A stretch of 64,000 nt of DNA from an uncultured Clostridia bacterium (GCA_947630145.1 CANRGL010000002.1:8437-72436); one strand, 5' to 3'. Shown: positions 19,255-30,208, counted from the stretch's first letter. Made by a program: numbers and translations. The notes: generated by a model from the sequence alone, not told the origin.

Positions 19255-21078
19255 TTACTTTTGAATTGCTTTAAATGGACATTTTGTAATACATACTCCA
19301 CATTTTATACATTTTTCTTGATTAATTTTAAATGCTACTTTTCCAACTTCTCCATTTATTGCACCTACAGGACAATTTTTTGCACATATTCCACATTTTT
19401 TACATTTATCAGGATCAATTCTTACTTGAGTTAATGATTTACAAACTCCAGCAGGACATCTTTTTTCATATATATGTGCAACATATTCATCTCTAAAATA
19501 TTTTAGTGTACTAAGTACTGGATTTGGTGCTGTTTGACCAAGTCCACAAAGCGATGCGTTTTTTATATCTTTTGCCAATTTTTCTAGTTTTTCAATATCT
19601 CCATCTTTTCCTTTTCCTTCAGTTATTCTTGTAAGTATTTCAAGCATTCTCTTAGTACCTATTCTACAAGGTGGGCATTTACCACAAGACTCATCTACAG
19701 TAAATTCTAAGAAAAACTTTGCTATATCTACCATACATTTAGAATCGTCCATTACTATAAGTCCACCAGATCCCATCATAGCACCAATTTCTGTAAGAGA
19801 ATCATAATCTATTGGTGTATCAATATACTTTTCTGGTACACAGCCTCCACTAGGTCCTCCCATTTGTGCTGCTTTAAATCTTCTTTTATTAGGTATTCCT
19901 CCACCTATATCATAAACAATTTCTTTTAAGGTAGTTCCCATTGGTACTTCAACAAGTCCAACATTTGTTATATTACCTCCAAGGGCAAATACCTTAGTTC
20001 CTTTAGATCCTTTAGTACCAATTTTGTTAAACCAAGAAGCACCTTTTAATATTATTTGTGGGATATTAGCATAAGTTTCTACGTTGTTAAGTAAAGTTGG
20101 TTTATTAAATAATCCTTTAACTGCTGGAAATGGAGGACGTGGTCTAGGCTCTCCTCTTTTACCTTCAATTGAATTCATAAGTGCAGTTTCTTCTCCACAT
20201 ACAAAAGCACCTGCTCCAAGTCTTAATTCAAGATTAAAGCTAAAATTTTTACCTAGTATATTTTTACCTAAAAATCCCATTTTTTTAGCTTGTGATATAG
20301 CTATATTTAACCTTTCTACAGCAATTGGATATTCTGCTCTTACATAAATATATCCTTCATCTGCACCTATAGCATATCCTGCTATTATCATAGCTTCAAT
20401 AACTGAATGTGGATCGCCCTCTAATATACTTCTATCCATAAAAGCTCCAGGATCTCCTTCATCAGCATTACAACATACATACTTTTTATCGCTTTGTGAA
20501 GCTTTAGTAAACATCCACTTTTTACCAGTTAAAAATCCTGCTCCACCTCTTCCTCTAATTCCTGAATCAGTAACTTCTTTTATTATTTCATCCTGAGTCA
20601 TATTAAGTGCTTTTTTAAGTGCCATATATCCATCCATAGCTATATACTCTTCTATTTTCTCGGGATTAATTTTTCCACAATTTCTTAAAGCTATTCTTTG
20701 TTGTTTGTTATAGAAGTTTAATTCATGCCATTTTTGTATAATTTTATCTTGTTCTTTTGCAAGAAGTCTTTCAACTATTTCATTTTTTCTTACTGCTTCT
20801 ACAATTTCTTTTGCATCTTCTACTTTTACTTGCTCATAAAAAATCTCATCTGGATCAATTACAACAATAGGTCCTTTAGCACAAAATCCAAAGCAACCTG
20901 TTTTTTCTGCTGTTATATCTTTAACTCCTTGAGATTTTAGTTCTTTTTTTAAATTATCAAGCAAAACATTACTCTTTGATGATGTACATCCTGTACCTGA
21001 ACATACCATTATTCTCTTTCTTTTTAATTTTTCTGTATATTCTTTTTTTATATTTTCAATATTTTTTAAAGAAGACAT
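19255..21078 (-). CDS. hydB: NuoF-like NAD(P)H/FMN-binding hydrogenase subunit
   Basis: 'GRGGAGFLTGKKW', an N-terminal thioredoxin-like 2Fe-2S domain, and a C-terminal 2x CxxCxxCxxxCP. Confidence 0.9.
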   Translation of the reverse strand: MSSLKNIENIKKEYTEKLKRKRIMVCSGTGCTSSKSNVLLDNLKKELKSQGVKDITAEKTGCFGFCAKGPIVVIDPDEIFYEQVKVEDAKEIVEAVRKNEIVERLLAKEQDKIIQKWHELNFYNKQQRIALRNCGKINPEKIEEYIAMDGYMALKKALNMTQDEIIKEVTDSGIRGRGGAGFLTGKKWMFTKASQSDKKYVCCNADEGDPGAFMDRSILEGDPHSVIEAMIIAGYAIGADEGYIYVRAEYPIAVERLNIAISQAKKMGFLGKNILGKNFSFNLELRLGAGAFVCGEETALMNSIEGKRGEPRPRPPFPAVKGLFNKPTLLNNVETYANIPQIILKGASWFNKIGTKGSKGTKVFALGGNITNVGLVEVPMGTTLKEIVYDIGGGIPNKRRFKAAQMGGPSGGCVPEKYIDTPIDYDSLTEIGAMMGSGGLIVMDDSKCMVDIAKFFLEFTVDESCGKCPPCRIGTKRMLEILTRITEGKGKDGDIEKLEKLAKDIKNASLCGLGQTAPNPVLSTLKYFRDEYVAHIYEKRCPAGVCKSLTQVRIDPDKCKKCGICAKNCPVGAINGEVGKVAFKINQEKCIKCGVCITKCPFKAIQK

Positions 21079-21566
21079 TATTTTTCCTCCTTGTATTTTT
21101 CAATTAATTCATCTACTTTCTTTTCATCCATTTTGCCATATACTTCTTTGTCAATAACAATTGCAGGTGCAAGTCCACAAGCACCTATACATCTTACAGA
21201 CTCTAAAGAAAACATTCCATCTTTTGTAGTTTTACCCTCATCAATACCAAGTTTTTGTTTAAATCTTTCTAATACTTTGTCAGCACCTTTAACATAGCAA
21301 GCTGTTCCAAGACATACTTGTATATGATGTTTTCCTTTTGGCTTTAATGTAAATCTTGAATAAAATGTAATTATTCCATAAATTTTTGACATAGGTACAT
21401 TTAACTCTTTTGATAAATATTTTTGTGCTATTTCTGGAATATAACCATATTCATTTTGTACTTCATGTAAAGCACCTAATATACCTCCATCAATATTTTT
21501 ATATTTATTTGCTATATTTACAAGTTTATCATCTATTTTTCCACCATTACAACCTTCACAATGCAC
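21078..21566 (-). CDS. hydC: NuoE-like 2Fe-2S hydrogenase subunit
   Basis: 'VCLGTACYVKG...VRCIGACGLAP' motif. Its stop overlaps the hydB start. Confidence 0.9.
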   Translation of the reverse strand: MHCEGCNGGKIDDKLVNIANKYKNIDGGILGALHEVQNEYGYIPEIAQKYLSKELNVPMSKIYGIITFYSRFTLKPKGKHHIQVCLGTACYVKGADKVLERFKQKLGIDEGKTTKDGMFSLESVRCIGACGLAPAIVIDKEVYGKMDEKKVDELIEKYKEEK

Positions 21567-21831
21567 ACAATCTACCTCCTTAACATACTAATATATATAT
21601 TCATAGCTTGTATTTTTATTTCTAATACGATTATATATTATTTTTCTTTCTATTTCAACATATATTTAATAAAAGAACAAGAAAATATTCATAATTATTT
21701 TTATCTTATCTATATTATCTACTATTTTTATAAATATAAATATAAAGAATAATAATAAAAATGTTTAAAAATATAAACTTAAAATTTTAAGAGGATGCCT
21801 TAAAATTTTGTTTTAAGACATCCCCTTTATT

Positions 21832-23040
21832 TTAATTTGAAGCACTTGTTGTATCATCACTTTCTAATGTAAGCTTTATTTCTTTTTCTTCATTTTGTCT
21901 ATGTATTTTTAAAGTTATTTTATCACCTACATTTTTTGTATTTTTAACTTCATTTAACTCCTCCATTGTAGTTATATCTTTTCCTTCTATTCCTATAACT
22001 ACATCTCCTTTTTGTATACCTGCTTTTGAAGCTGGAGAATTATTTACTACTTGAGCTACATATACACCTTCTGGAATATTATTTCTTTTTGCAGTTGTTT
22101 CATCAACATTTATACCAGATATTCCAATATATGGTCTTACAATCTTTTTATCCTTTATTAATTTATTAATAATTTCTATTGCATCGTCACTAGGTATTGC
22201 AAAGCCTAAGCCTTCAACAGATGTTCCAGAGATTGAAGATCCTATTTTAACAGTATTAATTCCAACTACTTGACCTTGTGAATTAACTAATGCACCCCCG
22301 CTATTACCAGGATTTATAGCTGCATCAGTTTGTATTAATTTATATGTTCTTCCACTTGTAGTTATTTTCCTATTTAATGCAGATATATATCCAACAGTTA
22401 CACTTCCTGCAAATTCTTGACCCAATGGATTTCCAATAGCTACTGCAATTTCTCCTACTTGTAAATCTGATGACTTACCAAATTCTGCAGGTGTAAGTCC
22501 ACTTTTTTCTATTTTTATAACTGCTAAATCTGTTGGTTCATCATAACCTACAATACTTGCTTCTACAGTTTCATCTGAATTTGCAAGAGTAACAGTTATT
22601 GCTGCAGAACTATCTTTTATTGCACTTTCTATAACATGATAATTTGTAACTATATATCCGTCTTGAGAATATATAATTCCTGATCCTTCTTCACTTGATT
22701 CTTGTAGTGATCCAAATATTGTTTGTGAAAGAGCATTAATTTTTATTCCAACAATTGAAGGGCCAGCCTTCTTGGCAATTGCTACAACTGGACTATCAGT
22801 AGATTCAATTTTAATTTTTGTTGTACTTCCTGTATTATTATTAATGTTATTTAATACATTAAGTCCCTTTGTTAATATTAAATACATTGCGCCACTACCT
22901 ATTATGCTTGCTATTAACGCAGTAACAAGTACTATTACAAAAATAGGTGAGCCATTTCTTTTTTCCTTAATATACATACTAGTATTTACTTTTTTATACT
23001 CATTTTTTTCTTTTGTATTTTTATCTTCTTTTTCATTCAT
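21832..23040 (-). CDS. htrA: HtrA/DegP-family serine protease with PDZ domain
   Basis: TM anchor, 'TNYHV', 'DLAVIK' and 'GNSGGALVN' catalytic triad contexts, and a C-terminal PDZ. Confidence 0.9.
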   Translation of the reverse strand: MNEKEDKNTKEKNEYKKVNTSMYIKEKRNGSPIFVIVLVTALIASIIGSGAMYLILTKGLNVLNNINNNTGSTTKIKIESTDSPVVAIAKKAGPSIVGIKINALSQTIFGSLQESSEEGSGIIYSQDGYIVTNYHVIESAIKDSSAAITVTLANSDETVEASIVGYDEPTDLAVIKIEKSGLTPAEFGKSSDLQVGEIAVAIGNPLGQEFAGSVTVGYISALNRKITTSGRTYKLIQTDAAINPGNSGGALVNSQGQVVGINTVKIGSSISGTSVEGLGFAIPSDDAIEIINKLIKDKKIVRPYIGISGINVDETTAKRNNIPEGVYVAQVVNNSPASKAGIQKGDVVIGIEGKDITTMEELNEVKNTKNVGDKITLKIHRQNEEKEIKLTLESDDTTSASN

Positions 23041-23056
23041 AATTTTACCTCCTATA

Positions 23057-24307
23057 TTAATTTATATTATTTCCAGCTGCAACGCCAGTAGAAAAAGCTA
23101 TCTGAAGATTGTAACCTCCAGTATACGCATCTATATCAAGTAATTCTCCAACTATATATAATCCTTTTATAATCTTTGACTCCATTGTTTTAGGATTTAC
23201 TTCCTTTACATTTACTCCCCCACTTGTTACAATTGCCATATCTATAGGCATAAAATTCGTAATAGTTACCTCTAAATTTTTAATTATATTAACAATATTT
23301 AACCTTTGCTCTTTTGTGATTTGATGCACTTTTGTATTTTCATTAATTTTAGATAATTTTATAACTTCAGGAATTAATTTCTGAGGAAGTAAGTCATTTA
23401 GGGCATTTTTTAATTCTTTATTTGTGTACTTTCCAAAGTCTCTTATAACCCTCTTATCTAGCATATCATTACTTAATGCAGGTTTTAAGTCTATTACTAA
23501 TTTAATATCACTGTTTTTAAATTTTATATCTAAATTCTTTACTTTATTTAGCCTACTACTAGCACTCAAAATTATAGGTCCAGTCACTCCAAAATGAGAA
23601 AACATCATCTCCCCAAAATCGGAATATATTATATTTTTATTTTCCTTATCTATTAAGTCAATTTTCACATTTTTAAGAGATAGTCCTTGTAATCTTTTAC
23701 ATATATCATCATTTGATTTTAACGGCACTAATGCAGGATATATATTAGTTATACTATGACCTATTTTTTTTAATAGAAAATACCCATCTCCTGTACTACC
23801 AGTGGAACTGTAACTTTTTCCTCCTGTTGCTATTATACATCTATCTAAAGTAATTGTTTTTCCATCTTTTAGTTTAACTCCTATAATTTCATTTTCTTTT
23901 ATTAATAGTTTTTTTACATCTGCATTTAATATTATATTAACATTATATTTCTTTAATTCATTTTTTAGTGCATCTACTACATCACTTGCTTTATCACTTT
24001 GTGGAAATACTCTGCCACCTCTTTCAATTTTTGTTTTAACACTGATTTCATTAAAATAGTTTATCACATCAATATTACTAAAATTTGAAAAAGAGCTGTA
24101 CATGAATTTGTAATTTTTAACTATATTATTTTTAAAGTCATCTTCATTACCATCAAATGTAAGATTACATCTTCCTTTTCCAGTTATTTTTAATTTATTA
24201 CCAAGTGATGATGTCTTTTCAAGTAATATAACTTCATTATTATTCTTAGCTGCAGTTATGGCAGCAATCATACCTGAAGCACCACCACCAATAACTACCA
24301 CTTTCAT
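23057..24307 (-). CDS. HI0933/BaiN-like FAD-dependent oxidoreductase
   Basis: 'VVVIGGGASGMIAA' dinucleotide fold; the length and C-terminus 'DIDAYTGGYNLQIAFSTG' are typical of the family. Confidence 0.8.
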   Translation of the reverse strand: MKVVVIGGGASGMIAAITAAKNNNEVILLEKTSSLGNKLKITGKGRCNLTFDGNEDDFKNNIVKNYKFMYSSFSNFSNIDVINYFNEISVKTKIERGGRVFPQSDKASDVVDALKNELKKYNVNIILNADVKKLLIKENEIIGVKLKDGKTITLDRCIIATGGKSYSSTGSTGDGYFLLKKIGHSITNIYPALVPLKSNDDICKRLQGLSLKNVKIDLIDKENKNIIYSDFGEMMFSHFGVTGPIILSASSRLNKVKNLDIKFKNSDIKLVIDLKPALSNDMLDKRVIRDFGKYTNKELKNALNDLLPQKLIPEVIKLSKINENTKVHQITKEQRLNIVNIIKNLEVTITNFMPIDMAIVTSGGVNVKEVNPKTMESKIIKGLYIVGELLDIDAYTGGYNLQIAFSTGVAAGNNIN

Positions 24308-25575
24308 CTACTATCACCACTTAATATTTTAGATACTGCTGTACATATTGCAATTTTAGCCGATTCATAAGTAAGTCCTCCCTGCATATATGCAGTATAT
24401 GGTTTTCTTATTGGAGAATCTGCTGAAAGTTCAATTGAGGCACCATCTATAAATGTTCCTGCTGCCATTATCACAGGATCATCATATCCTGGCATATCCC
24501 ATGGTTCTGGCAATACATGACTATCCACAGGACTTTGTCTTTGAATTTCTTGTATAAAAGTGATCATTTTTTCCTTGTCATTAAATTTTATTGCTTGAAC
24601 TATGTCTGATCTTTTTTCAAAAGGATCAGGATAAACTTCAAAACCTAAATCTTTTAAAAGACCAGATGCAAATACTGCTGATAGCATTGCATTTTTAACA
24701 ATAGAAGGAGCGATAAATATTCCTTGTAATATATTTCTATTTTGATCAAGTGTAGCTCCACATTCTTTTCCTATTCCAGGACATGTTAATTTCTCAGCAC
24801 AAAGATTAATAATATCTTTTCTACTAGCAATATATCCTCCAGTTTCGCATAGTCCTCCTCCAGGATTTTTTATTAAACTACCACAAACAACGTCCGCTCC
24901 GACATCGGTAGGCTCTAGTTTTTCTGTAAATTCCCCATAACAATTATCTACCATTATAATTACATTTTTATCTATTTTCCTAATATGATCTATTACTTCT
25001 TTTATATCCTCAATATTTAGTGATTTTCTTAAAGCGTATCCTTTAGATCTTTGTATATGTATAACTTTAACTTTATTTTCTTTTAAGTAATCTTCTATTT
25101 TTGCTATATTAAAATTTCCATCTTCTTTTAAATCAATTTCATCATATTCAACTCCATATGAAATTAATGACAACTTATTTTCAGTTATTCCTATAACCTC
25201 ACATAAAGTATCATATGGCCTCCCGCTAATTGCAAGTAATTTATCTTTTGGCATAAGCAAGGCATTAAGTACCGTAGCTATTGTATGAGTACCATTTACA
25301 AATTGCACTCTTACTAAACTATCTTCTGTATGAAATATATCAGCATATATTTTTTCTATTACTTCACGTCCTACATCGTTATATCCGTATCCTGTTGTTT
25401 TGTTCATGTGCATACCAGATACTCTATTATCTTTGAAAGCTTTTAAAACTTTTGCTTGATTATATAACGCTATTTCATTTATGTTATTATATACACTCTT
25501 TAAATCTTCTTCTATTTTAGCAGATTTATCTAATATGTTTTTTTTTATGCCAAACATATCTTCTATATTATACAT
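24304..25575 (-). CDS. Methionine gamma-lyase-family / aluminium-resistance (YnbB-like) PLP protein
   Basis: 423 aa; the overall pattern ('...GYGYNDVGRE...SLIKNPGGG...') matches the YnbB family. Confidence 0.7.
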   Translation of the reverse strand: MYNIEDMFGIKKNILDKSAKIEEDLKSVYNNINEIALYNQAKVLKAFKDNRVSGMHMNKTTGYGYNDVGREVIEKIYADIFHTEDSLVRVQFVNGTHTIATVLNALLMPKDKLLAISGRPYDTLCEVIGITENKLSLISYGVEYDEIDLKEDGNFNIAKIEDYLKENKVKVIHIQRSKGYALRKSLNIEDIKEVIDHIRKIDKNVIIMVDNCYGEFTEKLEPTDVGADVVCGSLIKNPGGGLCETGGYIASRKDIINLCAEKLTCPGIGKECGATLDQNRNILQGIFIAPSIVKNAMLSAVFASGLLKDLGFEVYPDPFEKRSDIVQAIKFNDKEKMITFIQEIQRQSPVDSHVLPEPWDMPGYDDPVIMAAGTFIDGASIELSADSPIRKPYTAYMQGGLTYESAKIAICTAVSKILSGDSR

Positions 25576-25759
25576 ATTTTTATCACCTTATGAATTATAT
25601 CACAAACTTCTTTTATTGTGAATATACATAACATAATTTCACTAAATTTTCACTATATATCAATATTTTAACATATTTGATTTAATAAAAGGGACTTTTT
25701 TTACAGCCCCTTTTCACTAATACCAAAAAAAGAAAGGAAATTAATATTCCTTTCACATT

Positions 25760-26116
25760 TTATTCATCTTCTTCATCTTCTTGATTTTTTGTAAATTCAT
25801 CAAATACTTTCTTTCCTAGTTCTTCATCAGTTACAGTATCGTAAACTTCTTCGCCATCAACTTCTTTTATCTCAAGTATTGTAACTTCGACATTATCTTC
25901 ATCTTCTCTTTCTGGCTCAGCAACAATTAGAAATTCTCTTCCATCATCTAAAGTTACAACATCGATTATTTCAAACTTAACATCATTTCCTTCATCATCA
26001 GTTAATGTAACTATTGGACTCATATCATCTGGAAGCTCCATATCAAAATGATCATGTCCACATCCACTACATCCTTCACATCCAGAAGCACAACCTTTTA
26101 CTTCCTCATCTTTCAT
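25760..26116 (-). CDS. DUF1292 (YrzB-like) protein with Cys-rich N-terminus
   Basis: 'LTDDEGNDVKFEIIDVVTLDDGREFLIV' core. Conserved position after ruvX. Confidence 0.7.
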   Translation of the reverse strand: MKDEEVKGCASGCEGCSGCGHDHFDMELPDDMSPIVTLTDDEGNDVKFEIIDVVTLDDGREFLIVAEPEREDEDNVEVTILEIKEVDGEEVYDTVTDEELGKKVFDEFTKNQEDEEDE

Positions 26117-26178
26117 AATTTTTACTTACCTCCTTTTTTATATACTTTGTATACTTTTTATTATTTATACATTTATTT

Positions 26179-26598
26179 TTATTTACTTATACTATTTAGA
26201 TATCCTTCTAAAATATATGTTGCAGCTAATTTATCAGCATAAATATTTTTCTTTTTTTGAGATATATTAAGATCCTTCATAGTTTTATATGCAGAAACTG
26301 TTGTAAGTCTCTCATCCCATTTTATTACTTTAAGATTTAATTTACTTTCTATTTTTTTTGCAATGTCATCTATAATATTAGACTTTGCTGACTTAGTTCC
26401 ATCCATATTTTTAGGATATCCAATTACCACAGTTGAAATATCATATTTATCTTTTAAGTTTAATACATGTGATAATAACTTTTTTATACTTCCATTTATT
26501 ACAAGTGTATCTATCCCTTGTGCCGTTATTCCAAGTTCATCGGATAAGGCTAGTCCTACTCTTACGTCACCATAGTCAATTCCTAATATTCTACTCAT
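26179..26598 (-). CDS. ruvX: Holliday-junction resolvase-like nuclease RuvX/YqgF
   Basis: 'ILGIDYGDVRVGLALSD' N-terminus; 139 aa. Confidence 0.9.
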   Translation of the reverse strand: MSRILGIDYGDVRVGLALSDELGITAQGIDTLVINGSIKKLLSHVLNLKDKYDISTVVIGYPKNMDGTKSAKSNIIDDIAKKIESKLNLKVIKWDERLTTVSAYKTMKDLNISQKKKNIYADKLAATYILEGYLNSISK

Positions 26599-26605
26599 AC
26601 CTTAC

Positions 26606-26851
26606 CTATAAATCTAAATATTTCTTTATCATTTCTTGTAGTAAATCATCTCTTTCAATCTTGCAAATTAAAGCTCTTGCATTTTGATGTGACGTTATAT
26701 ATGTCGGATCTCCTGATAGTATATATCCAATTATTTGGCTAACAGGCTCATATCCTTTATCTTTTAATGCCACTACAACTTGTTCCATAATTTCTTTTAC
26801 TCTTCTAGACTCATCTTTTTGTGGTTTAAAAACTGTTGTATTTTGATCCAT
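26606..26851 (-). CDS. ireB: IreB-family regulatory phosphoprotein (UPF0297/YrzL)
   Basis: 'KGYEPVSQIIGYILSGDPTYITSHQNAR' signature. Synteny ireB-ruvX-DUF1292. Confidence 0.85.
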   Translation of the reverse strand: MDQNTTVFKPQKDESRRVKEIMEQVVVALKDKGYEPVSQIIGYILSGDPTYITSHQNARALICKIERDDLLQEMIKKYLDL

Positions 26852-26912
26852 AATATCACTCCTTTATTTAATATATGACGATTTTGCAAAAACAATGATT
26901 AATATTTATAAA

Positions 26913-27986
26913 CTATATTATTTTTATTGTATTTGTTGAATTCATTCCCTCTATATAATCTACCATCTTCTCTATTTCTAAATCGACATCACTTTGATTT
27001 TTTACAGTATGTAGTAGAAATTGAGACTCTAACGTAATCTTATCTTCTCCAACATATTCACTTTCTAAATTTAATTTTGCAAGTAATCTTTCCATTGTTG
27101 GTTGAACAGCAGGTGCAGTTGTATTTGGCATTATTACCAAAAGTCTAATACCACTATATCTTATTAGTATAACACCTTTATTAACAAAATTTTTTATACA
27201 GTTAGCAGCTTTAATTAGTAAAGCATTACCTATATTTCTTCCATATTTATCATTTATATCAGGAATATTCTTTAAGCATATCATTGCAATAGCATTATTG
27301 TTATTATTTTTTAGAATCTTCCTTGTTCCTGAATATAAATATAAATTGTTATAAAATCCTGTTTGTTTATCTATATTTTGTGCTTGTTCTATAGATTTTT
27401 GAAATTCAACTATATCTAAAAATACACCTAAATTAGTTTTTAATTTTGATAATTCATTTTTCTTAATACTATCAAAAGCATTTTCTACAGTATCTTCTAA
27501 TAACCAAAATCCTAAATATACTCCATTACAATATATTGGAGAAAACATAGCAGATTTTATTCTTCTTTCAATAGCACTCCTATATAACAAAGTTTTTCCA
27601 GGAGCAGTAGTTAAATATTTAGATACATTCTTTGATATATTAACTTTAAAATCATTTTCAGTCGCTATATCTTTTATTCTATCCTTATATGTATTTTCTA
27701 TATTACTAGCTGTAACACTATATTCATATCCATCAAACATACAAATTGTAGAATACTTTACTCCATAGTTATTAATTATAACATCATTTAATGTCCTTAT
27801 TTTATCTTCAGCAGAAAGCTTAGCAGCCATTATTTCTAACATATTTTGCACAATATTCATATCTGCTACATTTTTAGAAAGTGTCTTTAAAGTGCTTAGG
27901 TGCTTTCTTTGAACGGATATAATTATTATTGAAGATAAAAGTAATAAGAAAATTATGATAATTAAAGTTATAATTATAAACTCCAT
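26913..27986 (-). CDS. Membrane-anchored sensor protein with degenerate GGDEF domain
   Basis: GGDEF-fold context 'DINDKYGRNIGNALL...IRYSGIRLLVIMP', where YSGIR replaces GGDEF/GGEEF. Confidence 0.55.
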   Translation of the reverse strand: MEFIIITLIIIIFLLLLSSIIIISVQRKHLSTLKTLSKNVADMNIVQNMLEIMAAKLSAEDKIRTLNDVIINNYGVKYSTICMFDGYEYSVTASNIENTYKDRIKDIATENDFKVNISKNVSKYLTTAPGKTLLYRSAIERRIKSAMFSPIYCNGVYLGFWLLEDTVENAFDSIKKNELSKLKTNLGVFLDIVEFQKSIEQAQNIDKQTGFYNNLYLYSGTRKILKNNNNNAIAMICLKNIPDINDKYGRNIGNALLIKAANCIKNFVNKGVILIRYSGIRLLVIMPNTTAPAVQPTMERLLAKLNLESEYVGEDKITLESQFLLHTVKNQSDVDLEIEKMVDYIEGMNSTNTIKII

Positions 27987-28009
27987 TCAATCCACCTCAC
28001 TTTTTAAAA

Positions 28010-29830
28010 CTACTGTTTAACTTCTTTTTCATATGCATTTTCATCTGAGTTATTATAACTTGTACTATTTTTTTTAAATATACCTCCAAAAGAATTCTTT
28101 TTCTTAGTAGGAGTATATGTGCTTCTAGGAGCTACACTTCCACCTATAGGATAAATTGCATTTATTATTTTAAAAAGATTTGATGTAAAGTCTTCAGTAA
28201 ATGTAGAAAACTTATTTGTATATTTATATAACATTTCTATATATTTTGTATAATTTTCTTGATCGAAAGGTAATATATAGTATGGTATTGTTGCTGAATT
28301 AAACAATTCATCAAACATTTTTAAATCATAACTTGTATAAGTTGCAATTCCATCTATTATATCTTTAGCAGTAAGAGAACATCTTACATGTTTATTTATT
28401 ATTATTCTTATTTTATTCATTGGTACACCATGAGATTTTAGTTCTCTTAAAAACATAGTTGTCTGCGAAATATTTAAAACATTCATATCTTGAACTAAAT
28501 ATATCTCTTGACATAATCTAAAATAATCATATGGTGTAGTAAAATCTGTATCAATTAAAACAACATTATTATTTTGCATTATAGTATCTATAGCTACACT
28601 AGCATTATATTGTTTTCTATCATCTCCTGGCATACCAGTATATACACTAAATTTATCATATATAAGTGGCTCATTAAGACCATTTGATGCGTATTTTAAA
28701 CTTTCTGCTGCTATAGCTCTTTTACCTTCATTATCATAAGTATAAATCGTGTAAGTATCTCTTTTTCTTGTAACATCACAAATTGCTGTTTTTATTTTAT
28801 TTCTTGCTAAATAAGTTCCTATTGCATTTATACAAAAAGTAGTACCTGATTTTGGTGCTCCAACAAAACAAACAATTTTTTTGTAATCTTTAGGAACTTC
28901 AAATACATTTTTAACTACTTCTTTTTCTACAACTTTTGTAACAACAGGTGCTGGTGTAGGTACTTTTTGAACAACAATTTTTTCTATTATCTCAGGTTCT
29001 TTTTTTATTTGTATTGCATTTGCATCCTTTTCTACAATTTTCTTTTGATGTCTTACCTCTTCTTGTTTTTGTACAACATCTTGAGATTTTTGTGGTTGTT
29101 GAACTTGCTTAGTTTCAGTCACATTTTCTACAGGTTGTTGTGCTTCAGTAGGCTGAGGCACTGCAGGAACATTTAAACTTTTATATTTTTCATTATTAAA
29201 AGATAAATATTGTTTTACATCTGCTGGTAAAAAGCTAATTATTACTTTTAATTGTTCATCTGTATATTGTGAAGATATCCTATCAAAAATTTCATTATAC
29301 TTATCTGGCACACCATTTTGATTTCTATAATATGATATTATTCTTTGTATCTCAATTTCTGATACTTCAGCTGTATTATATATATTTTCAGTCATACCTT
29401 TATCATAATATTTTTTTACATCAATCTTTTGGAATGGCTTATTTATTCCAGCAGCAACTTTTCCTTTTGTCCTATCTTGTCCTGTAAGAACTGTATAAAT
29501 TCCCAAGTTAAATAATTTAGCTAGGAAATCATCTCCTAATTTTCTTCTATCTGATGCTACATATACAATATTTTTTGCATCATATACATCAGTTATGGCA
29601 TCGATATTTTTAAAAAGATATTCGTCTATTTGCGCATAATTATTTGTAGGGAATTTTTCTAATTCTTCAAGAAAAACTGCTCTTTCATATTCACCAGATG
29701 AAAGTTCCTGTACAAATTGTTTAAAATAATATACATTCTTATATTCTATTTTTTCTTGATACTTTTGTTCATAAAACTCAACTATTCCTTTAACTGTATC
29801 ATCATTATTTATTCCAAAAAGTACTTTCAT
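28010..29830 (-). CDS. Hypothetical 606-aa protein: receiver-like N-domain, P/Q/V-rich linker, MinD/ParA-like C-domain with atypical P-loop
   Basis: 'VCFVGAPKSGTTFCINA' sits where KGGxGK[ST] is expected. Linker 'PAVPQPTEAQQPVENVTETKQVQQPQKSQ'. The architecture is reminiscent of CpaE/TadZ. Confidence 0.35.
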   Translation of the reverse strand: MKVLFGINNDDTVKGIVEFYEQKYQEKIEYKNVYYFKQFVQELSSGEYERAVFLEELEKFPTNNYAQIDEYLFKNIDAITDVYDAKNIVYVASDRRKLGDDFLAKLFNLGIYTVLTGQDRTKGKVAAGINKPFQKIDVKKYYDKGMTENIYNTAEVSEIEIQRIISYYRNQNGVPDKYNEIFDRISSQYTDEQLKVIISFLPADVKQYLSFNNEKYKSLNVPAVPQPTEAQQPVENVTETKQVQQPQKSQDVVQKQEEVRHQKKIVEKDANAIQIKKEPEIIEKIVVQKVPTPAPVVTKVVEKEVVKNVFEVPKDYKKIVCFVGAPKSGTTFCINAIGTYLARNKIKTAICDVTRKRDTYTIYTYDNEGKRAIAAESLKYASNGLNEPLIYDKFSVYTGMPGDDRKQYNASVAIDTIMQNNNVVLIDTDFTTPYDYFRLCQEIYLVQDMNVLNISQTTMFLRELKSHGVPMNKIRIIINKHVRCSLTAKDIIDGIATYTSYDLKMFDELFNSATIPYYILPFDQENYTKYIEMLYKYTNKFSTFTEDFTSNLFKIINAIYPIGGSVAPRSTYTPTKKKNSFGGIFKKNSTSYNNSDENAYEKEVKQ

Positions 29831-29869
29831 ATCATTCTCCTCTTATTCTTTTTTATTATTTTCATATGT

Positions 29870-30208
29870 TTATCTCATTATTATAAAAGCATATAAAAGT
29901 GGCAAACATTGTATAATAACCATAAATATTGCAATACCTATTAGTAAACGTCTACCTAATAACTTATGTTCTAACACCTCTGATCCTATAACATAAAATT
30001 GATATAGTGCATATACAAAAACTAGAGTAACTACAGGCCAAGAATATTTTTGCAAAAATATTAAGACTTTCATTGTGCCATCCATTATTTGATCATTTGT
30101 ATAAGTATCTTCTGTTGCAAAAACAAAATTTGAAACTATACTTAATACTATAGATATCACTAAACATATTATAACTAATCTTTTATATCCAATACTTTTA
30201 TACTCCAT
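29870..30208 (-). CDS. Small membrane protein (112 aa)
   Basis: Signal-like N-terminus plus hydrophobic helices. Lies immediately upstream of, and on the same strand as, the 606-aa gene. Confidence 0.45.
   Translation of the reverse strand: MEYKSIGYKRLVIICLVISIVLSIVSNFVFATEDTYTNDQIMDGTMKVLIFLQKYSWPVVTLVFVYALYQFYVIGSEVLEHKLLGRRLLIGIAIFMVIIQCLPLLYAFIIMR

Noticed and set aside
21561-21752. 63-aa ORF upstream of hydC
   Set aside because: It sits in the AT-rich promoter region divergent from hydC and has Ile/Tyr/Phe low complexity. It is not credible as a gene.
25687-25714. Hairpin 'aaaagggacTTTTTTTacagcccctttt', very similar to one at 36906-36930 inside the mobile element
   Set aside because: Both are short G4/C4 stems acting as intergenic terminators. 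The similarity is too short to distinguish a shared element from convergence.
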